Assembly: GCA_964016885.1 (NCBI GenBank)
Contig: OZ024754.1
Span: 41,726,001-41,790,000, forward strand
Direction: 5' to 3'
Source: Eledone cirrhosa
Lineage: Eukaryota
Length of the DNA: 64,000 bases
The first letter of the stretch is position 1, and each line of letters opens with the position of its first letter. The notes beneath the pieces were generated by a model. It saw nothing but the letters and a program-made list of their open reading frames with translations, was not told the DNA's origin and ran no database searches. Shown one piece after another: positions 39,926 to 51,561 of the stretch. Position numbers and translations under genes: made by a program.

Positions 39926-40863
39926 ACATTTCCATTACTCTATATATGCTATTGTATTTTCATAGTAAAGGCTTTACCTCACATAATATCTCATAACATT
40001 TACATTACTCTATATATACTATTGTATTTTCATAGTAAAGGCTTTACCTCACATAATATCTCACATAACATTTACATTACTCTATATATACTATTGTATT
40101 TTCATAGTAAAGGCTTTACCTCACATAATATCTCACATAACATTTACATTACTCTATATATACTATTGTATTTTCATAGTAAAGGCTTTACCTCACATAA
40201 TATCTCACATAACATTTACATTACTCTATATATACTATTGTATTTTCACAGTAAAGGCTTTACCTCACATAATATCTCACATAACATTTACATTACTCTA
40301 TATATACTATTGTATTTTCACAGTAAAGTCTTTACCTCACATAATATCTCACATAACATTTACATTACTCTATATATACTATTGTATTTTCACAGTAAAG
40401 GCTTTACCTCACATAATATCTCACATAACATTTACATTACTCTATATATACTATTGTATTGTCACAGTAAAGGCTTTACCTCACATAATATCTCACATAA
40501 CATTTACATTACTCTATATATACTATTGTATTTTCACAGTAAAGGCTTTACCTCACATACTATCTCACATAACATTTACATTACTCTATATATACTATTG
40601 TATTGTCACAGTAAAGGCTTTACCTCACATAATATCTCACATAACATTTACATTACTCTATATATACTATTGTATTTTCACAGTAAAGGCTTTACCTCAC
40701 ATAATATCTCACATAACATTTACATTACTCTATATATACTATTGTATTTTCACAGTAAAGGCTTTACCTCACATAATATCTCACATAACATTTACATTAC
40801 TCTATATATACTATTGTATTTTCACAGTAAAGGCTTTACCTCACATAATATCTCACATAACAT
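39926..40863. repeat. 72-bp tandem array (~13 units) derived from the MITE left end
   Basis: Unit CATTTACATTACTCTATATATACTATTGTATTTTCACAGTAAAGGCTTTACCTCACATAATATCTCACATAA; 24-aa periodicity in ORF track. Confidence 0.95.
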
Positions 40864-41073
40864 CTCGTATACGAGAGACGTGTGTTGACGTGTGTGAACA
40901 AGCTCGGCTACCGAGTCGGATTTACTTACTCAAAAAGTGAGTTTTGATTAATTTTTTATACTGTAATATACGTTAACCCCTTGCCTTGGTCGTCAAACTT
41001 TGAGTTTATTTATTTTCGCCCCTTTTTGGGGCGAATTTTCCAGTTAAAAATTTATTACGGCAAACTAATAGAA

Positions 41074-42810
41074 ATGGACGGAATTTTCACATCTCATCCT
41101 AACGTGAAAGCCACGCCCCCTAAGAAAGGTGATACAGAGAAGCTAGAAGCACAAGGCTCTAAGTCTTCCCTCCTCACTTCTGCAAAAGAAACATGGAACA
41201 CGGAATTAAAAGAAAAATTTGTAGAAATGGGTGAAAACCCAGAAAGTCACATAAACGCAGACAAAAACATCAACGACAATAACAGCAATAGTCACAACAC
41301 CAACCAAGGAAAAAATAACGATAACACCAAACAAAGTGAACCCACTACTGGTACCTCCTTTGCACAGGCGGTCCGGAAAACACAAACCTGCAAGCAACTG
41401 GACATTACAACTCTGAGAGAAAAGATGAAGGAAGCGAAACAGTATGTAACTTTCAAAGAAGGAGGAGACTTCACAATCACCTCCCCACAAGAAATCAAAA
41501 GAGACACGACGCTAAGAACGATATCTTTCAGAACAATTTCCAACATAACAAGGAAACCAACTCAATTATCCCAAAAAGAGATTGAGCTGGTCCTAAAAAA
41601 TGTGTGGAGTGATATATCGTTCATACAAAAAGGGCCACTCTATGGGAATATAACGGTCCTAATGAAGGATCAATTGACGGCCAGGAAATACTCTGTGGCA
41701 CCAATTGTTTCCAAGATATATACATTTTTCCCCACATATTTAGGGAAAAGAACGCAGAAGATAAGGGTCTCCGGAATCCGGCCAAATGCATGCATTTCCT
41801 GGGTACTAACAGGATTTTTAGAAGACGAGGACGGAATCCTCTCAGTAGGAGAAGTCACCACAGACGTTTTCGGCGGTTTGAGCGTGGAGGTTCTGGTCCA
41901 AATGAGACCAGAACGAATCGCTAGAATACCACAGAGGGTGTCCCTCGATGGAGAAACATTTATATATATTTCAGCCGAGGGTAGGAGGCCCATATGTTAC
42001 TACTGTTCAAGCAGGGGTCATCTAAGGGCTGCTTGTCCTCAATTGACAAAAAAAAAGGCTCTTTTGCCTACACCCCACACACCACCACCGCCACCACCAC
42101 CACCACCTCCACCACCACCACCACAACAACAACAAAAACAACAGGGAAAAATAACACAAGACACGGCCCCACCCAAAACAACTCCCAAAACACACACAAA
42201 TACAACAAAACCCCAAAATACACCACTACCCGACAGCACGGACGAGGACCCAGCGGAAACGGCACCTAGTGACGAAGAGGGGGAACCCTTCCAACCTGTA
42301 AAAAGGAAAAAAAGAAAGCACCACTCGAACATAAACGAAACAAACACACAACCACCAACAAAAACAAAACAAACAGAACAAACAAAATCCGCCCCACCCC
42401 AAAACATAACACATACAACAAAACGTAAGCACACACAAGAACAACAAACAAACACAACACAAATAAAACAGTATACATACATTAACACAAATAACAAAGA
42501 ACTAGTAAAAACAATACACAAAGACCCTTTGGTGGAAACTGAAGGGCAATTCTTTGCAAGCGCGGCCAACAAACCGCATTTAAAAATGATAAGACTCCCA
42601 ATGGACATCTATGCAAAACTAAGAGAGAACTTTCCTGAGGACGTGGGGAAAACATGTACTCGACCCTATAACCGCGTCCTCTTGAAACGTTTCCCCACCC
42701 ACACCTCACCAAACACCCCCACTCCACCACAGAACAACACCCCACCAAACAACCCCTCCAATACGCCCATGGATATTGTGCAACCTGCTCCTCAGGAGCC
42801 GAACAGGTAG
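41074..42810 (+). CDS. ORF1p, nucleic-acid-binding protein with CCHC zinc knuckle (~578 aa from first ATG)
   Basis: CYYCSSRGHLRAAC = C-X2-C-X4-H-X4-C; SFAQAV motif; poly-Pro tract; basic KRKKRK. The track start at 40981 is TTG; first in-frame ATG is 41074. Confidence 0.88.
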   Translation: MDGIFTSHPNVKATPPKKGDTEKLEAQGSKSSLLTSAKETWNTELKEKFVEMGENPESHINADKNINDNNSNSHNTNQGKNNDNTKQSEPTTGTSFAQAVRKTQTCKQLDITTLREKMKEAKQYVTFKEGGDFTITSPQEIKRDTTLRTISFRTISNITRKPTQLSQKEIELVLKNVWSDISFIQKGPLYGNITVLMKDQLTARKYSVAPIVSKIYTFFPTYLGKRTQKIRVSGIRPNACISWVLTGFLEDEDGILSVGEVTTDVFGGLSVEVLVQMRPERIARIPQRVSLDGETFIYISAEGRRPICYYCSSRGHLRAACPQLTKKKALLPTPHTPPPPPPPPPPPPPPQQQQKQQGKITQDTAPPKTTPKTHTNTTKPQNTPLPDSTDEDPAETAPSDEEGEPFQPVKRKKRKHHSNINETNTQPPTKTKQTEQTKSAPPQNITHTTKRKHTQEQQTNTTQIKQYTYINTNNKELVKTIHKDPLVETEGQFFASAANKPHLKMIRLPMDIYAKLRENFPEDVGKTCTRPYNRVLLKRFPTHTSPNTPTPPQNNTPPNNPSNTPMDIVQPAPQEPNR

Positions 42811-42831
42811 GTCCTTCCTCTTTTAACCAAC

Positions 42832-45800
42832 ATGGCTGATATAAGAGTTGGGTTTCTGAATGTACGTGGCCTGGGACTGTCTTGGAAACAAGGCAAACTT
42901 TTAAACGATCTCAGGTCACATAGAATGGATGTAATGGCTATTTGCGAGTCCAGGATCAGCAGCGAGCACCAACTGGCGCCCCTCTTCGACGACTTTGAGA
43001 TCTTCGCATCTCTCTGTCAACCGGGGGGTGGGGGTGGAGTTGTCGTTCTGCTGCGAAAACACCTGGGCCTCGCCATACAGAAGGTGCACCTGGACCCGGA
43101 GGGTCGACTGGTGGTTTTAGACGTCGGCAGTAGTGAAAGTGGAGCCCTTAGACTAATAGCTGTGTACGCCCCTTTTTGGGCAGCGCGGCCGGAATACTTC
43201 CAACGTCTGGAAACTTTTCTGGGAACGTCCCGCTCCTTGCTTTTAGTGGGGGACTGGAATGGTATCCTGGATGCACGTTGGGACTATGTAGGGGCATGTG
43301 CCAATAGAGGGGGGTGTAAAAGCCTCAAAAGGTTAATCGGCCGATTTGACCTGGCCGATAGATATCGACTAGATTTTCCGACTGTACCACTATGGACGTG
43401 GACCAATCGCAGTGGAACATCTAGGTCGTACCTAGATAGGGTCCTAGTTAGAGAGAACGATAGGGACACATTTAGCTGTCCAAAAATGTTCATGGTTGAC
43501 TATTCGGATCACAAGTTAGTGACCTGCATAGCCAACCTTGATAGAACCCATAGACAGGGACCCGGTTACTGGAAGCTGAACTTGTCCTTACCGAGAAGCA
43601 AAGCTTACAGTAAACGGATTAGCACGTTAGTTAAGCAGAATTTGACAGGGGCAATTGTCAACAACAGGTGGTGGAGCTCTCTTAAGAGAGCAATTAGAAT
43701 AGAATCGATAGGTTTTAGTCAGGAATTAGCAAGGGATAGGAACAAGACGGAAAGGGAATTAGTAGATAGAGTAGAAGAGGCGATTAGGAGTGGCAATGTA
43801 GCCGGCGTGCTGGCATCAAGAATGGCCTTAGACCAGTTCTTTGAGGTGAAGCATGAAGGCTGCGTTGTCAGGAGTAAAATACGTGCTCTGGGTAATGAGG
43901 GAGCCAAAGCTGTAAGCTGGGCCCGAGTGACAGAGGCAAAAAGTGGGAACAAGTCCACGATTCGGTCTTTGAAGGACCAGGATGGGCGTGTGATCCTTGA
44001 ACCTGGGCAGATGTGTGCGGCCTTTCAGCGGCACTTTGCACGACTGTTCGAGAGGGGCGGCGCGCCGGGTGAGACTATGGATTTCAATCCATACCTCGAC
44101 GGTCTGCCGCGCCTCTCGGACGCGGAGGCGAAGTCCTGCGAAAGGACGATTTCAGCTGCTGAGATAGGGGCGGCGCTGAGCCAATGCGGCAAACGCAAAT
44201 CCCCGGGTCTCGATGGTCTACCATACGAGCTATATGTAGCGATGCCGGACTTGTTCTCCGATATCCTCGAAGCGGTCTACTGCAACTGGCAGCAGAACGG
44301 GAGAATTCCCAGTTCTGTGACCAAGGGCGTAGTTACGCTGGTGAGGAAGGATGAGAACAAGGGGGATGACATAAGTAACTTCAGGCCCATAACTCTGCTA
44401 AATACAGAGTTAAAGATTTTGGCCAAGGTGTTAGCGAAGAGGTTGGCGCTTGTCGTTGGAAACCTGGTGGGAGAAGCGCAGACATGCGCAATCCCGTCCA
44501 GGTCCATTCACGACAATCTCCACCTTATGCGATACATCATAGAGAGGGTAGGGAATGAACCCGGCTTTGGTGGGGCCCTGATCAACTTGGATCAATCTAA
44601 AGCTTTCGATAGGGTTGACCATCGTTACCTGGATGCGGTGCTCGCGGCGGCAGGCTTCGGACCCGTTTTCAGGGGTTGGATTGCTGCGATGCACAGCAGC
44701 AACGTCTGCTCAAGGGTCAAGGTGAACGGCCACCTCTCGGAGCCGTTCCAAATCATGCGATCCATCCGACAGGGATGCCCTCTCTCCTCCCTACTGTATG
44801 TGCTGGCTCTTGAGCCACTACTGCGGAAGTTGGAGCGGTTGCAGGGCATCCCTTTGGAACCGGGATTGCAGAAAGCGGCGTCGGCCTACGCCGATGACGT
44901 GACAGTAATGGTGTCGAAAACCTCGCAAATCGGTGAGATCGGCACCTTACTGGAGGAATATGAAAGGTTTACAGGAGCCAAGCTGAACCGGGACAAGTCC
45001 GTCGGTTTGCAACTCGGAACATGGAGAGGCAAACCGATGCCCTCCAACGACGTCGTCGGACGCTGGACGGAGGGCCCGGTGAAGCTGCTTGGGGCCTGGT
45101 TCGGACCAGACCTCCAGGTGGAGAAAAACTGGAACGAGGTAACGGCCAGGGTGTTTGCACTCACCCAGAAGTGGGCCCAGTGCAAACTATCCCTGAAAGG
45201 TCGAGCGGAGGTGGCGAATACTTATATAGCATCCGTCATCTACTACCGCTTGACCGTCGTGCCTTGCCCAGTGAAAAGACTCGCCAAAATGGAGTGCGCG
45301 CTGTTCCAATTTCTTTGGAACAAGCGGACCCCTTTGGTGAGGAGATCCATCTGCTGTCAACACCCTTCGAAAGGAGGGCTGGGGATGCCGTGGCTACAGA
45401 TGCGTAAACACGCATTAAGGCTACGGCACCTCCAGGTATTCCTCACCGGTCAACCGGTGTGGGCCCCGTTTGTGAGGCGAGCCTTTCCCAGACTCGTCTC
45501 GCTCACCGAGCTGCAATCCTGGGTCAAGCAAAGACCGAGAAAAGTGGGCGACTGGCACATTGAATGTGCCCAGGCGCTCACGGCCCTCTGGAAAGCGGAC
45601 CCGGCAATCAGTGGAGACTCCACCTCGACATTCTATAGAGGGTTGGTACGCAGCAGGTGCGACGATGCTCTCGGAGAAGCTCTAGGCATGGAGGAAGATG
45701 AACTGGCCAGTCTGTTCGGTAGGACGTTTGGCCCTGGACCGATGGACAACTTTCAAAAGTCCCTGGCTTGGCAGTGCTACCGAGGGGCTCTACCCGTTCG

Positions 45801-46269
45801 AGACAAGCTCCACAGGCATGGGAGCCTGGGTAGAGATCCTTTGAATAAGATCTGTCCGAGATGCGTGCATGATGACGAAACCGTTGCGCACGCATTCGTA
45901 CACTGCCCAGGCATTGCTGACCTGTGGGGCTATGTGGAACGACTACTGTCGAGGGTGGGACCAATCCGGTTGACCACCGAGTCCATTGTCACGATCAAAC
46001 CGCCTCCCCCTTTCAAAAACGAAGGAGAGGCGGTTTTTCTCTGTGTGGTAGCCATGGCTAAAGAAGTTGTATGGTGGACGAGGCTGAAAGGGCTGAGGTC
46101 AGACACCTTTCTCTCCGGCCAACAACTGGTCCCCTTTTTCAAATACCATTTTAAAAGAAGGATCAGAATGGAGAGAGAGGTGCTCTACCCCAGCAAGTTT
46201 TATGAAAGGTGGGTGAAAGTAGGGAGAATGGCCAGAGTGAATGGGTCTTCTCTCTATATCAGCCTGTAG
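42832..46269 (+). CDS. ORF2p: apurinic-like endonuclease, reverse transcriptase and C-terminal Cys/His finger (1145 aa)
   Basis: APE motifs FLNVRGL, ICES, GDWN, YLDRVL, SDHKLV; RT motifs KSPGLDG, FRPITLLNTELKILAK, LDQSKAFDRVDH, QGCPLS, YADD; C-terminal CPRC...ETVAHAFVHC; no stops or frameshifts. Confidence 0.97.
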   Translation: MADIRVGFLNVRGLGLSWKQGKLLNDLRSHRMDVMAICESRISSEHQLAPLFDDFEIFASLCQPGGGGGVVVLLRKHLGLAIQKVHLDPEGRLVVLDVGSSESGALRLIAVYAPFWAARPEYFQRLETFLGTSRSLLLVGDWNGILDARWDYVGACANRGGCKSLKRLIGRFDLADRYRLDFPTVPLWTWTNRSGTSRSYLDRVLVRENDRDTFSCPKMFMVDYSDHKLVTCIANLDRTHRQGPGYWKLNLSLPRSKAYSKRISTLVKQNLTGAIVNNRWWSSLKRAIRIESIGFSQELARDRNKTERELVDRVEEAIRSGNVAGVLASRMALDQFFEVKHEGCVVRSKIRALGNEGAKAVSWARVTEAKSGNKSTIRSLKDQDGRVILEPGQMCAAFQRHFARLFERGGAPGETMDFNPYLDGLPRLSDAEAKSCERTISAAEIGAALSQCGKRKSPGLDGLPYELYVAMPDLFSDILEAVYCNWQQNGRIPSSVTKGVVTLVRKDENKGDDISNFRPITLLNTELKILAKVLAKRLALVVGNLVGEAQTCAIPSRSIHDNLHLMRYIIERVGNEPGFGGALINLDQSKAFDRVDHRYLDAVLAAAGFGPVFRGWIAAMHSSNVCSRVKVNGHLSEPFQIMRSIRQGCPLSSLLYVLALEPLLRKLERLQGIPLEPGLQKAASAYADDVTVMVSKTSQIGEIGTLLEEYERFTGAKLNRDKSVGLQLGTWRGKPMPSNDVVGRWTEGPVKLLGAWFGPDLQVEKNWNEVTARVFALTQKWAQCKLSLKGRAEVANTYIASVIYYRLTVVPCPVKRLAKMECALFQFLWNKRTPLVRRSICCQHPSKGGLGMPWLQMRKHALRLRHLQVFLTGQPVWAPFVRRAFPRLVSLTELQSWVKQRPRKVGDWHIECAQALTALWKADPAISGDSTSTFYRGLVRSRCDDALGEALGMEEDELASLFGRTFGPGPMDNFQKSLAWQCYRGALPVRDKLHRHGSLGRDPLNKICPRCVHDDETVAHAFVHCPGIADLWGYVERLLSRVGPIRLTTESIVTIKPPPPFKNEGEAVFLCVVAMAKEVVWWTRLKGLRSDTFLSGQQLVPFFKYHFKRRIRMEREVLYPSKFYERWVKVGRMARVNGSSLYISL

Positions 46270-46506
46270 GTGAAAGAAGAGGAAAAAGCGGAGACGAGGG
46301 AAGCACCTACTCTTTGTGCTCCTGAGGAGAAGGGTTACACATTTTTTCCGGGGTGTGTGCGACCCATGTTAATGCCCCCTCCCTATTGAGGACTTCGTTT
46401 GTTGTTGTTATTTCATTGTTATATTTTTGTACTCGTTAATTATATGTAAACTTCCCCCCTTGTATCTGTCCCTACCTTTTGTGCCCTAGTGGCAAATAAA
46501 GAAACC

Positions 46507-46700
46507 ACTCTATATATACTATTGTATTTTCACAGTAAAGGCTTTACCTCACATAATATCTCACATAACATTTACATTACTCTATATATACTATTGTATT
46601 TTCACAGTAAAGGCTTTACCTCACATAATATCTCACATAACATTTACATTACTCTATATATACTATTGTATTTTCACAGTAAAGGCTTTACCTCACATAA
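46507..46700. repeat. Continuation of the 72-bp array (~2.7 units) after the Tx1 insertion
   Basis: Same unit resumes at ACTCTATATATACT. Confidence 0.95.
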
Positions 46701-47613
46701 TATCGAATCTATCAGATTTGAATGATGTTATTATTTATTTTGAGAACAATACCTTAACATTATAAGCAGCTGGTTACAGCCGGTTTAAACAGAAAGAGGT
46801 GAGAGAATTCTGGCTGGATATGGCCAGTTTAAATACTAAAGGGTTAAGGAACAACTCTTTTCTATATGATTAATTAGAAAGTTGCTAAAGAGAGGGTAAA
46901 AAGCACTCGTTAGTTGTGTCATAGACATAACAACCTCCCTAGTGTTGGTGCCATGATAAAGTACACAGTGTATTCTATAGTGCAGGGAAGGTGAGATCAG
47001 TCTTGGCCTATCAGAGACATCTGTGGTTTTGGTTAGGTATTGATTGGTGTGATAACCCATCCAAACTTTGCTAGTAGAGAAAACAAACATTAAGTAATGG
47101 CGCACACACAAACATTCACATTCACACACATGCACTCACATTCACATTCACACATGCACACACATACACATTCACATTCACACATACGTTCACATTCACA
47201 TTCACACATACACATGCACTCACATACACATGCACTCACATTCACACATACACATTCACATTCACACATACATTCACATTCACATATACACATGCACACA
47301 CATACACATTCACACATACACATTCACACATACACATACACATTCACACATACACATTCACACATTCACATTCACATGCATACACATACACATGCATACA
47401 CATTTACATTCACACATTTACATTCACACATTTACATTCACATATACACATGCACACACATACACATACACACACATAGACACACACACACATGCACAAA
47501 CATATACACTCATACACACACACAATTGACTATTTATTTGTCAAACATACATAAATGCAATATGTATATGCACACACTCTCTCTCTCACTCACTCACTCT
47601 CTTTCTCACTCAC

Positions 47614-47662
<49 letters not shown>

Positions 47663-47822
47663 CACTCTCTCTCTCTCTCAATCTCTCTCTCTCTCTCAAT
47701 CACTCTCTCTCTCTCTCGATCACTCTCTCTCTCTCTCTCTCTCTCTCTCGATCACTCTCTCTCTCGATCACTCTCTCTCTCTCTCTCGATCACTCTCTCT
47801 CTCGATCACTCTCTCTCTCTCT

Positions 47823-47857
<35 letters not shown>

Positions 47858-48357
47858 ATCAATACTTTAAGCAGTGAAAAATATATGACTGATTTTTTTG
47901 CCTTATTAGTGATCAATACAAATATAACTTTAAAATTTGTAAATTATGAAATAGTTAAAAAAATGGCCGTTCAATATTTATAGATTTTATCTCAGCATGT
48001 ATAATTTTCCTTTTTCAACGGTTTTATGACAGTATTTATCGTGTGTAATGTTTGTTGTCTTTAAGAAGATATTTTCAATGTTGCAATAATATGTATCAAT
48101 CTAGTCAGTAATGAATTTCAGGTGTGGTGTGTTTGGCATGCCTCTTTAATGACATTTGGTGATAGGAGAGGCACCCATCCATAGAAAACCTGCCACATGA
48201 AGGGCCGAATGGAGTTTTTGGCCATGTGAAAGACATGGCAACTTCCTTAGTATTGGAGCCATGAGAAAATGCACTTGGTAGAGTATGGGATCAGATGTAG
48301 CTCCCACCCACTTAGTTTTTCTTAATGTAAGCCTCTTGTGGTTAATAAAGAAATCAA

Positions 48358-49000
48358 CATAACTTTGCCTTTCATCCTAACGGGGTCGATAAAATAAAGT
48401 ACCAGTAATGCATTGGGATAATTGCTAACCTTGTGCCAAAAGTAGAAACGATTATCGTTAGAGCATCGGACAATATGCTTTGAGGCATAGTTATGTCCCT
48501 TTGTTCTGAGTTCAAATCCTGCCGAGGTTAGCTTTACATTTCATCCTTACCGGGTCCATAAAATAAAGTACCAGTAACACACTGGTGTCGATTTAATCAA
48601 CTTTCCTCTCCACCAAAATTGTTGGCCTTGTGCCTAAATCAGAAACCATTATTATTATTATTATATTATCCCACCGAGGTTAACTTTGCCTTTCATCCTT
48701 ATGGGGGTCGATAAAATAAAGTACCAGTAATGTACTGGGTAATTTCTGGCCTTGTGCCAACAGTAGAAACAATTATTATTATTATTATTATTATTATGTC
48801 TACTTTATGTAAACCCTTGTGGTTAATAAAGAAAGTATTATTATTATTATTATTCATGGTAGAATCAAGAGAGTGTCAAACAAAATGCCTTGCGCTTTTC
48901 AGTTATCTTTTCTTTGTTTTGACTGCAAACCTCATCAGAGTAGATTTTGCCTGTCTTCTTTTCAGGGTCAATGAAATATGTTAAATATTGGGGTCAATTA
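48358..49000 (+). mobile_element. Cluster of about four head-to-tail SINE group A copies
   Basis: Repeated CTTTGCCTTTCATCCT...GATAAAATAAAGTACCAGT...GGCCTTGTGCC, separated by (TTA)n. Confidence 0.8.
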
Positions 49001-49829
49001 AACCAACCAGACCTCTTCTCCTTTCCCCAGCCCTTATAAAAAAAACAAAGGGAAAAGAAAAAAATTGTGGCCTTATGCCAAGGACATAATGCATCGCCTG
49101 TATTAGACAGTCAGCAAGGGTAACTTCGCAAGGTCTGTGAAGTTATGCTGTCCAACACCCTAATATGTCTGCCAGTTCACCACTCTAGATTAAACTAATA
49201 ATTATTGACTTGGATACTTTATACTGTCAGTTTTCTTAACTTTATTTCTTTGTTTGTTAAAACACTAGCCCATATTTTTAAGAGATTTGGTCAGGTGTCA
49301 TAAATATACAGTTTTGGTCAGGTGTCATAAATATACAGTTTTTGTCAGGTGTCATATAAATATACAATTTCACACAATTTACCTATTTAGTTACCTTCAT
49401 AATCTAATCTAACAATAGGTTCGTCTAACTTGATATTTTCCTTCTCCTATTCAGTCTTGTCATGTGATCTTTCAAATTAAAATTCTCTCTATAATATTGT
49501 TACATAAATACAACAAACATAACGTCTATTAAATTTTCTGTAATTCTATTTGTTATGTTTTTCTAGTAATCACTTGATATTGTTTTGTTCACAAACTTTC
49601 TCTTATCTTTTATGTAATTGTCATAATCAGCAATTATGTTCACTGTTAATTAGCTGTGTAATTTAAAAAAAGAAATGACAATTTGTCCTACTTTTAGTAA
49701 CTGATTAAACTCACTTCTGATGAACTGCTGAGAGAGTTTAACACAGTTTAATTCTTCTGATGCCAAAATGTCCCTGGTTTTATGAGGAACTGATAAGAGA
49801 GTTTAACACAGTTTAATCCTTCTGATACC

Positions 49830-50090
49830 AAAATATCTCTGGTTCTATGATACCAAACTGTCTCTGGTTCTATGATATCAAACTGTCCCTGGTTCTATGA
49901 TATCAAACTGTCCCTGGTTCTATGATATCAAGCTGTCCCTGGTTCTATGATATCAAACTGTCCCTGGTTCTATGATACCAAACTGTCCCTGGTTCTATGA
50001 TATCAAACTGTCGCTGCTTTTATGAGGAACTGATGAAAAAGTTTAACACAGTTTAATCCTTCTGATACCAAACTGTCTCTGGTTCTATGA
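49830..50090. repeat. 25-bp minisatellite within a larger duplication
   Basis: TGGTTCTATGATATCAAACTGTCCC. Confidence 0.85.
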
Positions 50091-51262
50091 TTCAGAACCA
50101 TTTGTTACATTTAAACCTTCCAGTATAATCGTAAGAAAATTTTAGGTTATGTTTCAAATACAAGCTTAAAAAATGAATAAGGTTACTTTATTAAATCCCT
50201 AAAAATTCTTGATTATTTGAAAACATTTATTGAGAATCATAGGCAGTGTCTTTCACTAGAAATACATTAAAAATGGCAGTTGGTTGAGCTGGTTCAGTTT
50301 GTATCTGTTATTTTTCATTGCTTGTGTCTCTGACAATAACACCTCTCAGTAATATTAGCTTATATAGTGTTAAATAGCCTATCACAAATAATTGAAGTTC
50401 ACAGCTGCAAGCAGCTGAAGCATTTCTAATTGAAGAATGTTCTGGAAGCTTGTATTCCTGACATAGCTTGTCATGACATTCTGGCATGCCATGACATAGT
50501 TTGAAGAACAATTAGCTTCAGCTAAGCTGCCATTACAAGACCATAAAACCTGTTTTGTGATATTTCATTTTAAATTATTACAATCGTGGAATAATAAACA
50601 AAAAAAAAATCTAGAAATATAATTGTTAAAATCTGAAATGATCAAACTATTGAAAACCTTAAAGAAAAAATACATATCAAGTTATTTGAAATTTTATGAG
50701 ACTTAACATTTTGTTTTTACTCATTCTTTTGCAGTATTAAACAGACTTTTACAATAAAACATGTAAAGAAAGTCTTTCAAGTGTAGAGGTAAGTAATCTC
50801 TTGAAAATATATATTTTATGTAGAACTTCTAAAGTGGTGTTACTTTAATATGTTTCATTAGAATAGATTCAGTCAACCTCCAAAAGTATTTCTTTCCTCA
50901 TCTAACTTCAAATATCGTTATCATCCCACTTTATTTGGTGAGATGATATTAATTAAAAGAGATAACTGTAAGAAAGACAAAAAACAAATAGAAATCTTAT
51001 GTGACTTTGTTTATACTAAAAGATATTTTCATTAATATTTCTCCATATTTACAATGTTGAAAAATAAACCTCATTTGGTCATTCCAAAAGAGTATCTTGG
51101 TCAGCTTAAGAACTTTCCAGCCTACTCTTGTATGCTACTGTATATACACTATTGGTGGTTATTGTGTATGTAATACTATAAGCTGAGAAGATCAGGGTTG
51201 TAATATAATATTCTAGAAATAATTTGTTCCTATTATTTAAATGGATTGTTTGGTAAAAACAT

Positions 51263-51310
<48 letters not shown>

Positions 51311-51478
51311 GATAACAAGTTATCGTTGTAGGTAATCCAGTTAGAGGTTGTCAGTACTCTGTATTGTGGATAGTTTTAACGTACGGTGTTGTTTGACTCA
51401 ACAAGAGGTTTCCATAGTTAGGTAGCGAGTTTACGAGAATTCCCATGTAGCTGACCATGTAATTCTTCACTCTTTCAC

Positions 51479-51521
<43 letters not shown>

Positions 51522-51561
51522 GAGAATAGGAAGTCCTATTTGCAGCTTTTTTATATATATA

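Larger units (their letters stand above)
40864..46506 (+). mobile_element. Full-length Tx1-clade (L1 group) non-LTR retrotransposon
   Basis: ~210-nt 5' UTR, two long uninterrupted ORFs separated by 21 nt, ~235-nt 3' UTR ending GTGGCAAATAAAGAAACC; sharp junctions with the 72-bp tandem array on both sides; domain order typical of L1/Tx1. Confidence 0.93.
39915..46847. mobile_element. piggyBac-like MITE (family 1) expanded by a 72-bp tandem array and hosting the Tx1 element
   Basis: TTAA-CCCTTTAACATTT at 39915 and AAATACTAAAGGG-TTAA ending 46847; internal sequence matches the ~230-bp copies elsewhere in the window. Confidence 0.9.

Noticed and set aside
40981-41073. N-terminal extension of ORF1 in the ORF track
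   Set aside because: Begins at TTG within the structured 5' UTR; first ATG is 41074
41206-46142. Short antisense and alternate-frame ORFs within the Tx1 element
   Set aside because: Expected by-products of GC-rich or skewed coding sequence; no motifs
50400-50530. Imperfect inverted repeat AGCTGAAGC...TAATTG / CAATTA-GCTTCAGCT
   Set aside because: Short, interrupted and single-copy here; insufficient for a MITE or miRNA call
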